Below, piece after piece: positions 42,795 to 57,542 of a stretch of 64,000 bases of DNA. The notes under the pieces were generated by a model. It had not been told where the DNA came from, did not search any database, and saw only the letters and a program-made list of their open reading frames with translations. Where the stretch lies: the NCBI RefSeq assembly GCF_009914755.1, contig NC_060939.1. One strand, given 5' to 3'. Each line of letters opens with the position of its first letter. Position 1 is the stretch's first letter. The stretch comes from the human T2T-CHM13v2.0 reference genome, Homo sapiens. The position numbers and the translations under genes are program-made.

Positions 42795-43779
42795 GATACA
42801 GATATATTTTTAGGAACTAATTATAAAAGACAGTAGGAGGTAGATCTTTATGATTCTTTTGATCTGAACAACATTAAGTACCGTCATTTCAGCTTTGTAA
42901 GTGTACAATCACAATATTTTAAAAAATCTTAAAATATTTTTATAGCATTGTTTAGTGCTAAGAAGTTAATGCCACGTAATGCTAGAGTAAACAATCATCT
43001 TTGATTTGGTTGAGAATTTTATAAACATGCTGGCTTTGGCTTGAGATAAATCTTCATTTTGTTACAGAATGCTGTCTTTTCTGGGTTATATTAATTTTTA
43101 TTAATCAAAAAAAGTACATACTTGTACTTTATCAAATGTGTGCTTCCAAACACAATCGCATGGCTTGTACTTAGCCTGATATGGAATTCACTTGGTTATA
43201 ATTTCCAAGATTTCTAACAGGGCCCAGACAGCAAGGCTCAGGCCTTTCCATAGAGGCAGTGTAAAGATTCACTGACAGAAAAACACACTCAAGGTATGAT
43301 TCCTTTTTGCAAAGAGTTTGCAACTTTTGGTACCACATGGCTCCCCAGGGCTCTCTGTGATGCCCGACCACAGCCTGCTGAGCATTGATTTCCTTTATTA
43401 CTTCAGGTTTAATCCTAAGTTCACTCTTTTCTTCATCTAACAGGAGCCTCTTGAGAAACCTGGCATGTGGACCCTGTGTGACGATACTGGGTGGAGACAG
43501 AGTCAGCAGCCCAGTTAGAAGCTATTCCAGAAGTCATCAAACAGTCAAACAACGTGTTGAGGGTAGTGTGATGCTTTTTCTGAACTGTGTGGTAGAGATA
43601 CGCAGAAGGAGCTCAAAGGAGGGACACTCAGGCCAAGGAAGGCCAGCTGGGGGGGTCCTTGCATGGGAGAGAGGCCTTGAGCACAGTCCAGGCAAATGGA
43701 CTCTGTTGGGGACACTGGTAGCTTGGGGGCTTTTTAGCATCCAATGCCCCTTGTCATGGGCTCCATGATACTGCCTCAG

Positions 43780-44228
43780 TAGCCTTCCTCACTGAGCATA
43801 CTCTTGTTGGAAAGCCAATTCTGGACACCCCTCCCCATTGCTACTTCCCACTGCTAGAGCCAAGGATCTTCTCTCACCTCGCTTTGGCTGGGTGCAGCCA
43901 GGGGTCTACCCTTGATTTAAATTGTATCAATTAGATGCATGGTCTGTGGATTCTGACTGTGAAGTTACTGCTCAAATACAGGGGCCACCTAGCAGTCAGA
44001 TGGGCTGCATCTGCAGTGGCGGTATGCAAACCAGATGGTTCCTATAGCATGGCCCTGGGTGTGAGGCTTGGTCACTGGGACCTCTGGAGGTGCCTCGGTT
44101 CCATGCCATTTTCCATGCCTAGTTCTCAAGCCCCTCGTTGTTCTGAAAGTTCCTGGTAATCTTTCTCTTTTAGTTCAATACCACAAACAGGCTTTCGTTG
44201 GTTGCAATTGAGAACTTTGGCTGGCACA
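43780..44228 (+). mobile_element. ERVL-type LTR (LTR33/LTR16-like)
   Basis: 3' end 'ggctttcgttggttgcaattgagaactttggctggcaca'; left boundary uncertain. Confidence 0.5.
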
Positions 44229-44723
44229 AGCTAGATTTAGATGATCCCAGGGAAGAGAGGGGAACATTCCAAGTGGAGGAAACAGCACCAGTAAGGGCTT
44301 AGAGACAACGTAGCATCTACCTGTCTCAGTGGAGACAGAGCAAGGGAGAGGCCTGGTCGTGGTAGTGCTAAACAGCCAGGAACAAAAGGGAAGACAGAAC
44401 TAATGTGTGTTGATTGACTACTTGCGTGTTGGTGACATTTTTTCCAAAAATTATTTTAATCAATCCTCACCATCCTTTGAGGCTATAGCATTAAGAAAGA
44501 TAAGGAGTTGGGATTTAATATTAGCCCTTGAGAAAATATGGTGGGAATTTCAGGGCCTACAGTGAGGCAGTGGGAGAGATTATTTTGGGCCAGAAGGACC
44601 CTTCATTCCTGTTTCTCAAGGCAGTCTGGAGAGCTACCTTCTTGACACATGTGTATGTTTTACCTATGAAGTGACAGGTGAACTAAACAACATATGATAC
44701 CAACATGCCTTGTATAAGTTTGG

Positions 44724-44725
<2 letters not shown>

Positions 44726-44754
<29 letters not shown>
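44726..44754. repeat. T29 homopolymer
   Basis: Read directly. Confidence 0.95.
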
Positions 44755-44756
<2 letters not shown>

Positions 44757-44964
44757 TGTAAAGAAACAAATAGCTTTAAGCAAGTTTAGCCAGGTACTAA
44801 GCACAAACATTTGACTGGAGTTTATTTTTTTTATTGCAGCCTATCTATTGTCTTGAAGTGGATGTCTCAAAAAGAACATTATGTTCAAAGTCATCTTTTT
44901 CATAGCATCATAGTAAATGATTATGGCACCATTCTTAAAACAATTTTGGGTAGGATTCACAGCC

Positions 44965-45130
44965 CCTTACAACTAGAAGGAAGCCTAGTTTGATCTTTTT
45001 ATTTTAGAAATAAGGAAATGAAAGGCACAAGAAGGATTTGCCAGTGGTACAGAGATGGGCAGTGGCAAAATAAGGACAGGGAAACGGAGCATCTTAACTT
45101 TGGATCCAGTCCTCTCACCACTCAACTACA
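44965..45130 (-). mobile_element. MIR
   Basis: 'attttagaaataaggaaatgaaaggcacaagaagg...gcagtggcaaaa'. Confidence 0.6.
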
Positions 45131-45529
45131 TTAAGTTTGACATAGATTTTATGAGTACAGTAAAATTTTATGTCTAGCTGGGGCTCCTTGGGATCACCTT
45201 CTTAGACAGCCTAAGTAATCGCAGGCTCTTATATATCTTCTTCCAAGAGCATTGTTCATAGCAGTGACAAATATCAGAACATTAATCATATTTTCATTTT
45301 ATATAGATCAGGTAACATGAGCCTTGTACATCACATTATTCCTGTGGTCATTTCCTATTAAATATTATGGTATCGAAAGAATCGAAAATCCATTTTTCAA
45401 GTGGTTCTCTGTCCCACGGAGCACCTGGCCCTCCCACATTAAAGGCTTCAGCTTGTGCAAAGCTCTCAGTTTGTACCCGATCCTTCTGGAAAGCTATCCC
45501 TGAGCAAGTCTCTTGATGGGGGTTTCTCT

Positions 45530-45690
45530 TACATACTGTCACACTGAACTGAAACTACCTGTTAATTTCTTTTTGCCTGTTGCTCTAAACTAGAAGCTCC
45601 ATGAAGGCAGGGAGCATGCCTTGTTCACCAGGATTCCCTGGCATTTAGGACAGTATACAATGGAACACAATAAATGTTTCCCGCATGAAG
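45530..45690 (+). mobile_element. L2 3' terminus
   Basis: 'aactagaagctccatgaaggcagggagcatgccttgttcacc...caataaatgtt'. Confidence 0.8.
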
Positions 45691-45824
45691 CATCTGTACT
45701 TAACCAAAATTCAAAGAAAAATGATACACTGACTGTATTAGATATTTTTTAAGGCTTTCATGGTGAAAGATGTTTGCACCCAATGTTGACTCAATAGGGA
45801 GCCAGGGGCTAGGAAGAATTGTGA

Positions 45825-46124
45825 CTTTTTTTTTTTTCTTCTTGAGACGGGGTCTCACTCTGTCGTCAGCCTGGATTGCAACAGCAAGATCTCGGCTCAC
45901 CTCAACCTCTGCCTCCCCGGTTCAAGAAATTCTCCTGCCTTAGCCTCCTGAGTAGCTGAGACTACAGGTGCCTGCCACCACGCCTGGCTAATTTTTTTGT
46001 ATTTTTAGTAAAGATGGGGTTTCACCATATTGGCCAGGCTGGTCTCGAACTCCCGACCTTGTGATCTGCCCTCCTTGGCCTCCCAAAGTGCTGGGATTAC
46101 AGGCGTGAGCCATCACACTCGGAT
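45825..46124 (-). mobile_element. Alu (AluS)
   Basis: Poly-T, both arms; imperfect TSD gaattgtgact / gaattttgatt. Confidence 0.95.
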
Positions 46125-46483
46125 GAATTTTGATTCTTTAAGAAGAGAGTGCACTTGGTAGCTGGCAGAAGGGTTAGGGATAACTTGGGCAGAGCATGGG
46201 GTAAATCCAAGGAGAGTTGATTCTGCAGAATTTCTCCAACTCTGCCCATAGCTCTCCATGGAAGTACAATTGTCACTTGTACCTAGCTCTCAGATGATTC
46301 CTCACCTGTAGCGGTGATTCCTTACCTGTAGCAGTGATACACAACATGATGCGTCCATGCGCTTCTCCATGGCTGGACCTCACGTCCTGAGCTGTCTGTC
46401 ACATAATTCTGTCCTGACAGTGCCCTTACCTGACCAGTGGCTCCCTCTGTCATCCCAGGCTCTCAGCCCTCCTCTCCCAGAAC

Positions 46484-47089
<606 letters not shown>

Positions 47090-50000
47090 CTCTCCCAGAG
47101 GTTGATGGTCTACTTGGGACAATAACGTTTCTTATTGATTCCTGGGCACACTGGTCCTGCCTCACTCCTTCCCTGTTACGAGTTCTGCTTCCTGTGATAG
47201 AAGAAGTTCATTTATAAGGCTGAATCCACTGACGTATCTACTTCCTAATATCCATTTTTAAACTGGCTATTTAAACTGGTTGAATTATTTCAATACTTTT
47301 GTCCCTCTCTTTGGCTTTTCTAGTATTTCTCTCAAATTCCATAGTCTGTCTCTGGAATCCACACTGACAGGCTCAGGGCTTTCTGTCCTTTGATAGACCT
47401 GCCTAGGGTCAATTGCCTACCTGCCCAATTTTCACTTTGGATTCCCCCGCTAGGGATCTATGAGCCTTTATTATGTTGGGACATTATATTCTGCACCTCT
47501 CAGCTCCCGTCCTGTCCTCCTGGTAGGTCTAGTTTTTAGCTTTGGCGTTCCCTACCCCTGCCCCAACCCCCCATACTACCTGCCACCCTGCTATAAGTAA
47601 CTGAGCACAGTTCACTGAATCATGCCCACAATAATCGTGATAGGATTAGAGTGGAATTCAAGAGAAAGGCTGACTTGGGATATGTAAACCCTCTTTAAGA
47701 GGAGTCCTTAAAGGACCCTATTACGGAAATGTAAATATAATAGAAAGTGACCTGGTTTGTCATGAACTTTCAAAGCTTTCTGGCTGTCTCTCTTCATTTG
47801 ATCTGTCAGGGCATGGTAATGTTAACTTGCATGTAATACTTACCCTAAAAGAGGTTAGGAAGCACTGGATTGGAAATGCCTTTTGACCAAATGGGACATG
47901 ATGTTGATACGGGTTGTATAACATGTTGTGATGAGAGAGCCCCTAGGAAAACATATGGAAACAAAGAGAAACTAGCTTACAGCATTAATACTAGGCTTTC
48001 TTCCTGGAAACCAGGAGATAGTATGTGGCAGGGTCTGGACCCTGCCTCCATGAGAGGGGCCATGAAGGACAGGTTAGCTTAGCTGACCTTTCATGGGTTG
48101 TTGTAGAAACCCAAGCAAACAGTTCTAACAAATGGCGATCATTCTCCAACAATCAGAGCTCTTATCTAGGAATTAACAAATTTCCTTTCAGAGTTTGCAG
48201 ACCAGCAGAGACAATATGTGATTCAACACTCTCTATTCAGCCCAGTTATATGGTCTGAAAGAGAGTTGGGCCCTAAAAATTGTTTAATGAAAGAACAGAT
48301 GCTAGCACCCATGTGCCCATGCACTGTTGCTTCCATACAACTTTCTCTGTGAAGCTTTTCATACGGGGTTTGTAGTTCCTCGGGATTTTTGCTTAGGAAA
48401 ATGTTCCGGGCTAGGACAAATCTCAGTATTTTGCATGCCCTCCATTCCTGTTCACCAACAGAACCATTCTTTTGAAATCTCACATTCAATTAAAAATGTT
48501 CAAATGACATCTTACAGGAGTGATATAAGCAAGCATAATTTTTCCTCTTATTGAAGTTTCTCTGGCTACCTTCTTTGTGAATCCCACGAGTCCTTGATAA
48601 CTATAATTTCCCATAGAAAAGATTTTGTATGTAATTTTTATGACAGTTCATTGTCAGTGCTCATTTTTCCCAACTGCTGCGATGATATTGAAAGATGAAT
48701 GTTACTCCCAGTGTTTTGGCCACGTGGAACAACTCCCCTTCCATTTAAAAATCTTCCCTGGTGGATCAGCCCTTGGTCTTTGGCATTGCTGGGTCTTTCC
48801 CATTTTTTCCAACTCTCTTTGTGACCCTCTCTGTACCTTTCTTATTTCTCTTTTACGCATGTAACCCATTAAAAAGGTGGTCTTCTGTCTTCAAATTTTC
48901 TAGCATTTTTTACACTCTAAATTTTATTACTTGCTTTACTTGCGCCCATTTTCTTAATTACAGTAGCTTTAGTAACAATAACACAAGATAACATTTATGG
49001 AGTGATGACTTTATTTCTGATACTGAGGGAGTAATCTCAATGAAGAAATGGAGAAAGAGAGAAAAAAGAACAGCTATGAAATCCGCACCCCAACTCACAT
49101 CCACTTGCCCGAAGACTTCATTCTCAGCATGCCGTCTTCCCTGTTACCACCCCAACCTTCAGCCCGAGTTGCCTTTACCAAGAACTCTGTGTTGATTCCT
49201 TCCCTCACTCCCATAGCTCACACCACCTTGTTAAGCTCAAGGCTTCAGGGAAATAAAAAGTCGCTTATCATCTTGAAAAGGGCTTCTGTCCCTGCTGTGT
49301 GGTATAATCGAACACAGGGCACTTATTTCCTGCCCCTTATTATCTGGTCCCTCATAGACATCTAGGTCCGCTGTTTTCTCTCCCTTTTTTAAAACTTGAA
49401 GTTCTATCATTGTGTCTATTGACACACACAGCAGAGGGCTTCCTGGATGCCCTCAAATGCCTTTGTGATAGTTCTTACTCCAAAGTGCCATTTCTTAGTG
49501 ATCCTTGAGTTCAGAGCTGTCATTTGATAGCCTTGGGAACTGAGGCAATCAAAGAGCCATCTCATGTATTCTTGGTGTCCCTCTGCTTCCGAATAATTCC
49601 TGCAAACCCACGTACCTAGAAAATGTTAAACCAGAATGAGTGTCTTCTATGGTAAATGCCTAGTTCTTCTTAACAAGATGCATACTTAGAACCTCTCTGC
49701 TCATTTCTATGTATTTTCTATGGGAGGCACCAAAGAATGTAGCTACAGGGGACACATTAGAACCCTCCACTCCCCTCAAGCATGCAAAGCAAATGCCATC
49801 TAAACAGCAAGAGTATTCTTGCTGAGCAAATGAGTTTTCCAACAAGTCTCATAGCAGCCTCAGCCCTCTTCCACACCCTGAAATCAGAGTGCACGCCCCA
49901 AGTGCCCTCCCTGACCTGTGTTGAAAATGGAAGCCTCCGTGTGTCTCTCCAGTAGCTCTTAGCTACTGAATGGACTTTCGTTTCCTTCCAGGGCACACAG

Positions 50001-50599
50001 CTGTATTCTCTGATCAGAGAAACAGTTCTCACATGCTTTCCTAATATTAACTTATTTTTCGCCAAACTTCCCATCATACCAGATAGTGTATAAACTTCCC
50101 ATCATACACAGCTCATCATCGTGACAAAGCTTTAGATGGAAAAGAAAGAGAATCATCCCTTAAGCCGTGGCCTTTCTATGTGAGGTACTTATGTCCTCTC
50201 TGTTCTCAAAGAGTACACAGTCAGTGGTGGAGTCCCATGTGGGACATGGTATCTGTGGAGTGCCACATAGCATGTGAGTATGAGTCCATGGAGGGATGCA
50301 TACTGGAGCAGAGCTATGCGCCACACACCCAGGGTACACTGAGTAGGGGCACTGAACTCTGCCTGGATGAGCCAAGAAAGGAAGGACAGGGTGCCAGAGT
50401 GAAAGACCTCAAAAGGAGTAAGAGGAAAACAGAGTCTCAAAGGGTGGAATTTGAAGGATGGGTTCAAAGGAGTCTTGAAGGGGTTTCAGAGAATAAACAA
50501 GACTTTCTCAGCAAGAGAAAGAAGTAAGGGATAAAGAAAGAAAAGGTAGGTGGGAAATGTAAAAGGCATTGATAGATTTATAAGTGAACAAAGAGGATA

Positions 50600-50900
50600 G
50601 GGTAGATTAGGGCCTGAAGGGGGACCAGGTCAGAGATCCTGGCAGGGAGGAAAAGATAGGGAGTGTGGTAGCTCGTATAAAGGTATTAAGCATTTCTGCT
50701 CATAGCTCCTGGGAGCCACCAGAATGTTTTAAGGAGGGACTTGGGTGGATTAGATGTGTTTATTGGACCTCTCCAATACAGCCTCCAGAGGGCATCTGGA
50801 CCTAGGAGTGACGTGACCAGGCAGTGACAATCCGTAGGTTGTGGCTGAGTTCAAGTAGGGCCAGACCTAGCTTGATAGGCATGAGGAGATGAGGGACCCG
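50600..50900 (-). mobile_element. L2 fragment
   Basis: 'tgggagccaccagaatgttttaaggaggg...ttagatgtgttt'. Confidence 0.5.
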
Positions 50901-51149
50901 ATGTTTCTGAAGTGGACAATGTACTTCTGAATGTTTAGATTCTCATTAAAAGACAATGGGGCTCTGTTGGCTCATGGCTTACGAACCTAAGGAATCCTCT
51001 GTCTCTATACACAGAGCTGGAAGCAGGGACTAAACTGCCTCATGAGGGCTGTTTCTTTCTCTCTCCAATCTCTGGCTCTATTTCTGTGTTTACCCAGGCC
51101 ACCGCACTCCTGTAAAAAACAACTTCATCTAAAGAAGTCCTCAGCATAT

Positions 51150-51614
51150 CCACCTCCACCTCCACCATCACCTCCGTCTCCACTACCACCACCACCTCCA
51201 CTTCAACCACCACCACCACTACCTCCACCTCCACTTTCACCTCCAGCTCCATAATCACCTCCACCTCCACCACCTTCTCCACCTCCTCCGCCTCCACTGT
51301 CATCACGACCACCACCCCCTCTACTTCCACAATCACTACTACCTCCATCTCCACCATCTCCACCTCCACCACCACCTTCACCATCACCACCACCACCACC
51401 AGCACCCTACCTCCTCCTCCTCCACCTTCACCTCTACCACCTTTACCACATTCACCACATCACCGCCACTACCACCTTCACTCCTACCACCACCGCCTCC
51501 TTCACCTCCATCTCTGTCTCCATCACTGCCACCTCTACCTCCATCTCCACCACGACCTCCTCTGCCTCTTTCCTGTCCTCTACCACTTCCACCACTACCA
51601 CCAGCTTCACCACT
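51150..51614. repeat. Degenerate (CCA/CCT)n trinucleotide low-complexity tract, about 465 bp
   Basis: Read directly; it generates the Pro-, Val/Glu- and Gly-rich ORFs. Confidence 0.95.
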
Positions 51615-51615
51615 A

Positions 51616-51740
51616 AAAATAAGTACCATGCTCCAACTTGGTGCCAAGGACTGTACTGGGTGCTGAGGGCACAGAGATGAACAAAGCAGACGAAACTATC
51701 TGCCCTGAGAAGTCACAGGAATTCAGGTGAGTCAGGGCAC
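51616..51740 (-). mobile_element. L2 3' end
   Basis: 'gtgccaaggactgtactgggtgctgagggcacagagatgaacaaagcagac'. Confidence 0.8.
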
Positions 51741-52194
51741 ATATGTTAAATGGTAATATATGTTTTGTTTTGGCACGAAGGCAGGCACGACTCTGCTTTT
51801 AGATTATCCTTTATCTTTATTGATTCCTCGCTTTCTCTCTTCCCTAGCTCTGGCCACATTTCCCTACAGCTGTCATTGCTCTGAGAGTTTTCATTGGCAC
51901 AAGACAGAGAACAGCTGAGCCTGCAGCTTCTATTGTCACAACTCTTTGACCAGCAGAACAGGAGAAAACTATACCTGACAGGACTCCTTCCAAAAGATTC
52001 AGCATCAATTCCATCCCAGCATCTTCCCCAGACCACAGGACCAAGTATCCCTGCTGCCTCACGACCGTTACACCTAAAGACGCAGTATGTCTCTGCGAGT
52101 CTTCCCTGAAGCCTGGACCGCAATGAGTTGCCTTTCCTCCTAATCCTGGAGAGAAGAGAATTTCTGAATAGAAACCGGGGACCTTATTAACTTC

Positions 52195-52215
52195 AGAGAG
52201 AGAGAGAGAGAGAGA
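52195..52215. repeat. (AG)10 microsatellite
   Basis: Read directly. Confidence 0.9.
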
Positions 52216-52484
52216 CACTGAGTTTCAGGTCATGCCAGATTTATTACATAAGTGAGCAAGCCATAAAATGTAACGGTTTGCATTTGCTTTGTACTACTCA
52301 GTACCTGAGGGGGGAAAATTGATGTAAAACTTTTCATAACTCTTTATATTTTTGTCACACCACTAATTGATATCCTTTGCTCATGAAGATGGTTGGTACC
52401 TCATTTAATGTTATAGTTTTATGAAAGTGACAAGTGACAGCGTATGTGTTTGGAACCAAAAAGTTACCTTAGAAGGCATGGGGT

Positions 52485-52600
52485 CCCAGTTCCTTGTTTT
52501 ATACATGAGTAAACTGAGGTAAAGGAGAAGTAGTTCTCTTGTGATCACAAAACGGCAGAGCTCTGTAAGAAGTTGACCCTTAGTGCAGTGCTCTTCTATT
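52485..52600 (-). mobile_element. MIR fragment
   Basis: 'gttttatacatgagtaaactgagg...atcacaaaacggcagagc'. Confidence 0.65.
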
Positions 52601-52867
52601 AATGCAATCAGGTGCCTGAGCAGGATTGGCCAAACCTGACCTTGGGGGCCCATTCTGGGTTGCCTGGACAACAAGCTAGCCAGAAACAGCAGCTCTTACT
52701 CTTAGCAGGAAAGGGCTCTTCCTCACACAGGGGACTGCAATACCTTACTACCTGAGTTCTCCAGGTGTGCACAGCCAGCATTCCCTGACAACTGCAAAGT
52801 GCAGGCCCCTAAGAGCCTGATGCCTGAGGATGACCAGCCCACCCCATCCTCCTCAAGGCTCTTCTTA

Positions 52868-53229
<362 letters not shown>

Positions 53230-56200
53230 CTACATGAGGCAGGATGGAGGGCAGAGCTGTGGAGGATGGAATGGTCACTGGAACACAGAATCCCACTGCA
53301 AGTCCTACAGCTTCTCTAGGGGACACCTAGAAAACCGGGGGGGGCCTTGCTTTCTTTTTGCTACGCTTGGCCTGATGTAAGCTTTGCCCAGTTACATGTA
53401 TTCTTAGCCCACTTTGTGTGATCTTTTGAAATGTGTTCCCAACCCTGACACCTGACAGGTGGAGATCCATCTGAGACCTACCTGGCAAGGCACACACTTA
53501 ACCTCTGACCTTTAATTTTCTAATTGCAGACTAGAATTTTATCTGCTTCTAACTACTTAATAGGTTTCCAGAGAAAAATCGACGTGTGCTTTACTTATGG
53601 GCGAGGTCCTTGAAATTAAAGCATTTTATAATTCGGAGCATTCGGGTTTTGTGCCTTCATACAAGAAGCTCACTTGGCGAAAAAGTATCACCTCATTCTC
53701 TTGCTAATTCTGGGCTTATCGCACATTCAGTGTTCCATAAAGCTTGACTTGAAAGCTTTCATTTCAAACCCAATTCATATGAATTAGTGTACTACTCAAA
53801 ATGTCAGGCTGCTAATAGGACATACATAGCAACTGGAAATTGAAATAAGTGCATTTTAATAGAGCTCAGAATTAGGATTTCCTCTATCTGTTTGACGTAG
53901 TATCACAATTATAATTGAACATAATTTTTTTTTCTGTTGGCATTTAATGATCCTCTATCTAGAATTATCAATCATCCCGAATTCATTATACCATTTTTCA
54001 GCGGTAAAATGGAAAAAAAGAAAGAAATTCAAAGCTTTTTAATTATGGTATGAACATGGAAAATCATGTCACCTAATACAGATTAAGGGAGAAAATGGAT
54101 GGATCTAAGATTACTCAATTGATCATTCTATCGAGTAACCAGTGAGATCCCATGTAATTATGGCATTACATAATAGTTATTTTCATTATGTTTAATTTTA
54201 TATGAGAAAAGTTTTATGTTACCTTTTAATCTCTAAAATATAGTCTAGTTAATTATTGACAATTATTACTTTTTGAGCTTTTGATAAAAGTGAATTTCTT
54301 CTCCAACCCAAATGCAATATTTATGAATGCTTGGCTGCCCTTAATATCAGTTTTTCAAAAAGTTGTGGACATTTTAAAGTAATTACTGTTCTTCACTTTA
54401 GCTTTAGTTGAACACCTGGGTCTGACTTGAGGGCTCCAAACATAAAATAAAATAGTACAAAAGTCAGAACTGCTGTCAAAAAACAATTAGAAAGCATTGT
54501 ATTCTGGGCCATGAGGAAGTTAGATTATTCAGTTTCTAATTCCTGTCAGGCACAGATTCTAATATGAATGTGGACATTTCCTTATTATCGTAGATTTCCT
54601 AGACATAACCCTATTGTCAGTGATAGAATTCTTCCAGGCTGTTCCTATTTCTGTTTATAACCAGAAGAGGGCAGTCAGGTTCCATGATTCAGAGATAATT
54701 GCCACTGCCTCAGAAAGTAAGATTTCCAATAAATCTCAATGATTGGAATTACGTTTTCCTTTAATAGTATTAAAGGGCGTTTATAATTACCTGAAGAGTT
54801 TTCTGCTTTTATTAAAAACCTTACAACCTTGGTGAGATGGACACTTTCTTCAAAAGAGATGAAATGAAGGTATATATTTATTTGGATTATTTCTCCCTTG
54901 AACATGTTATTTCTGTTCCTATCAGCCTTCTTCAACATTTAGCTGGCACATGAGGGAGGGAGAAAATCTTATCATGTAGATAGTCCTCCTAATTTATAAC
55001 TTTGTGGCATTTTATAAGTAAAAAGATATCTATTGTACAAGGCAAAGAACATTCATCAGCACTTCAGTTTCAAATCAAGAAGAGAGAGAGAATTAGAAAA
55101 AAAAAAGATTCACAGCAATTGAAAAACAGATATCTGCCAGAGGAACTTAAAATTCCAAAACACTTCTAGCAACACTTACTTACCATGAGAAAAAAATAAT
55201 TACACTTCTAAAATAAAACTTTGAGTAAAACAATGTTAGAAGAATGTGATGTATTTTTTTCCTCCTGAGATCTCTTCTATAAGCAGTTGAAAGAAAATAA
55301 ACATAAAGCTGAACACAAAATACAACAAACATTTCTGCTACCTTTTTCTCTTCTTTATTAGTAATAAAACCAGAGACTAGAAACCCCCTAATTTACTGAA
55401 AATAGAAAAACAGATATATCGGAATGAAAGCTTGAGTATTCAAAAAATAAATTATTTTTAAAGGGCCAGCCTTAATTTTAACATATAAGAAAAAGTTAAT
55501 TTCAGGACGTAATTTCAATAAAACGATAGCCACAAGAGTTAACCATAATTCAGGCTACTTATTCTTGTTTGTGTTTGAAATGTTCCCTCTGTGTTAATAG
55601 TGCTTCTAATGCTATTTCTAGGTGATTGTGCAGGGAATCAGTACTGTCTGATGCGGACAAATATGTGTATACTTGTGTTTATATGTAAACTATATATATA
55701 TACGTATGTGTCATATGGCTGTGTACATTTCTATCAGCTACCTGCCTACAAAATAGCTCTCTCATGGTTATGGAATTCACCAGCCCCGCATGCACTCCTC
55801 TTGAGGCCTGTGGATTAACCAGGAATCCAGGTGATTTTCTATTTGATCCATGCCTCCAGCCCCTGGCCCACCGTTCCTGTAGATGCTGCCTCCAGAAAGA
55901 GCTGCCTCTGAAAGTGACCTTGCTCAGCAAATGCCTATTGGCTTACACAGAAGTAGCAATGCCTTTCCCAGAAGAGGCGCTGCAACTGGTGCTGCTGTAA
56001 AGATGGGTATGGGATCTGGGGTGGGAGGGAAGAGAGAGGAGGGAAGCAGCTTGCCAAGTCGCTTGGGCTACTTATAAACAAACTCAGCCATTGTTTCCCA
56101 AACCCTTTACAGTGGAGAGGGGAGCTGGACACACACTGTGTCCTGGACTCTATTTATGTTCTGTGCTTGGGGAGAGCTGCTTTTAAGAGACTGATTCGGT

Positions 56201-57158
56201 TTGGAAGATGATTTCCATCAGCTACTTTTAAAAGATACGTGCTATTTCAGCACAAAGCTGAAGCCCCTGTTAGAGCTGCACTAGGGATTAGGAAACGGCG
56301 TGTATTTTAATGCCTTATGAATAGGAGTAGCTGATAAAAGAGGCTCTTGTTACCACTGCTACATTTAAATGTGAAAAGCAGCTGCTTCTAGGGAGGAGGG
56401 GGTAGGGGAGAGGAGAAGAGATATATTATTTTCATAGGGATTTAATTTTCAGACTACACTGAAACCATAGAATACCAATGGCCATTCTCTTATCGGCAGC
56501 TCTCTAATCGTACTGAGATCTGTAAGATTGTGGAGAGGGAAGGAGAGGGACTGGGAGGCAGAGAAAGGGATTGTGTGTAGCGATGAGGCTGGCCGTTTTC
56601 ATCTGCGTGTATGTTTTGAACCTCAGATCAAAACGCACGCGTGGTGTTTTCTTCTTCTCTTAGGAGCATTAACCCTTTAAACTTTCAAAATGCCAGCCAG
56701 TTAAAGAGTTTGATGCAACTATGCTGTCTTCAGAGCATGCAATTTTTCGATGGGCCCTGAGAATAAGATGACCACTGAGACCTCATTACAGAATATGGAC
56801 CAGGTGTACGCGCCTGTGGCCAGGTCGGGGCAGGGGGCATGAAAGAGGGTCTCTTCCAACATTTCAGAGACAAGGATTTCAGGTAGAATCCAGGACGTAT
56901 TATGAATCCAACAGAGAAAGGCTCTTTCTGCAAATCTTATGACCACCGGAAGCTGATGATATAAATAAGACCTAGGATTATTAAACAAACTAGCAGGTAT
57001 TTGCCAAATACTATCAGTATTTGAAGAAATACGACTAAAGAATATAGATATTTTGAATGAATGAATCAATCTGGGCACCATTATTTTTCTCTCCATATTA
57101 TCACTTAATAGCCTGGTTTTGTTTATTCTCATGTTGGACTTATTGAAACTGATCGCTA

Positions 57159-57542
<384 letters not shown>

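Noticed and set aside
44726-44754. Orphan T29 as a tail-only retro-insertion
   Set aside because: No TSD or attached element could be found
46295-46338. 20-bp tandem duplication
   Set aside because: Ordinary slippage-type duplication with two mismatches
51040-51647. Pro-rich, Val/Glu-rich and Gly-rich ORFs
   Set aside because: Products of the CCA/CCT low-complexity tract, with no exon support
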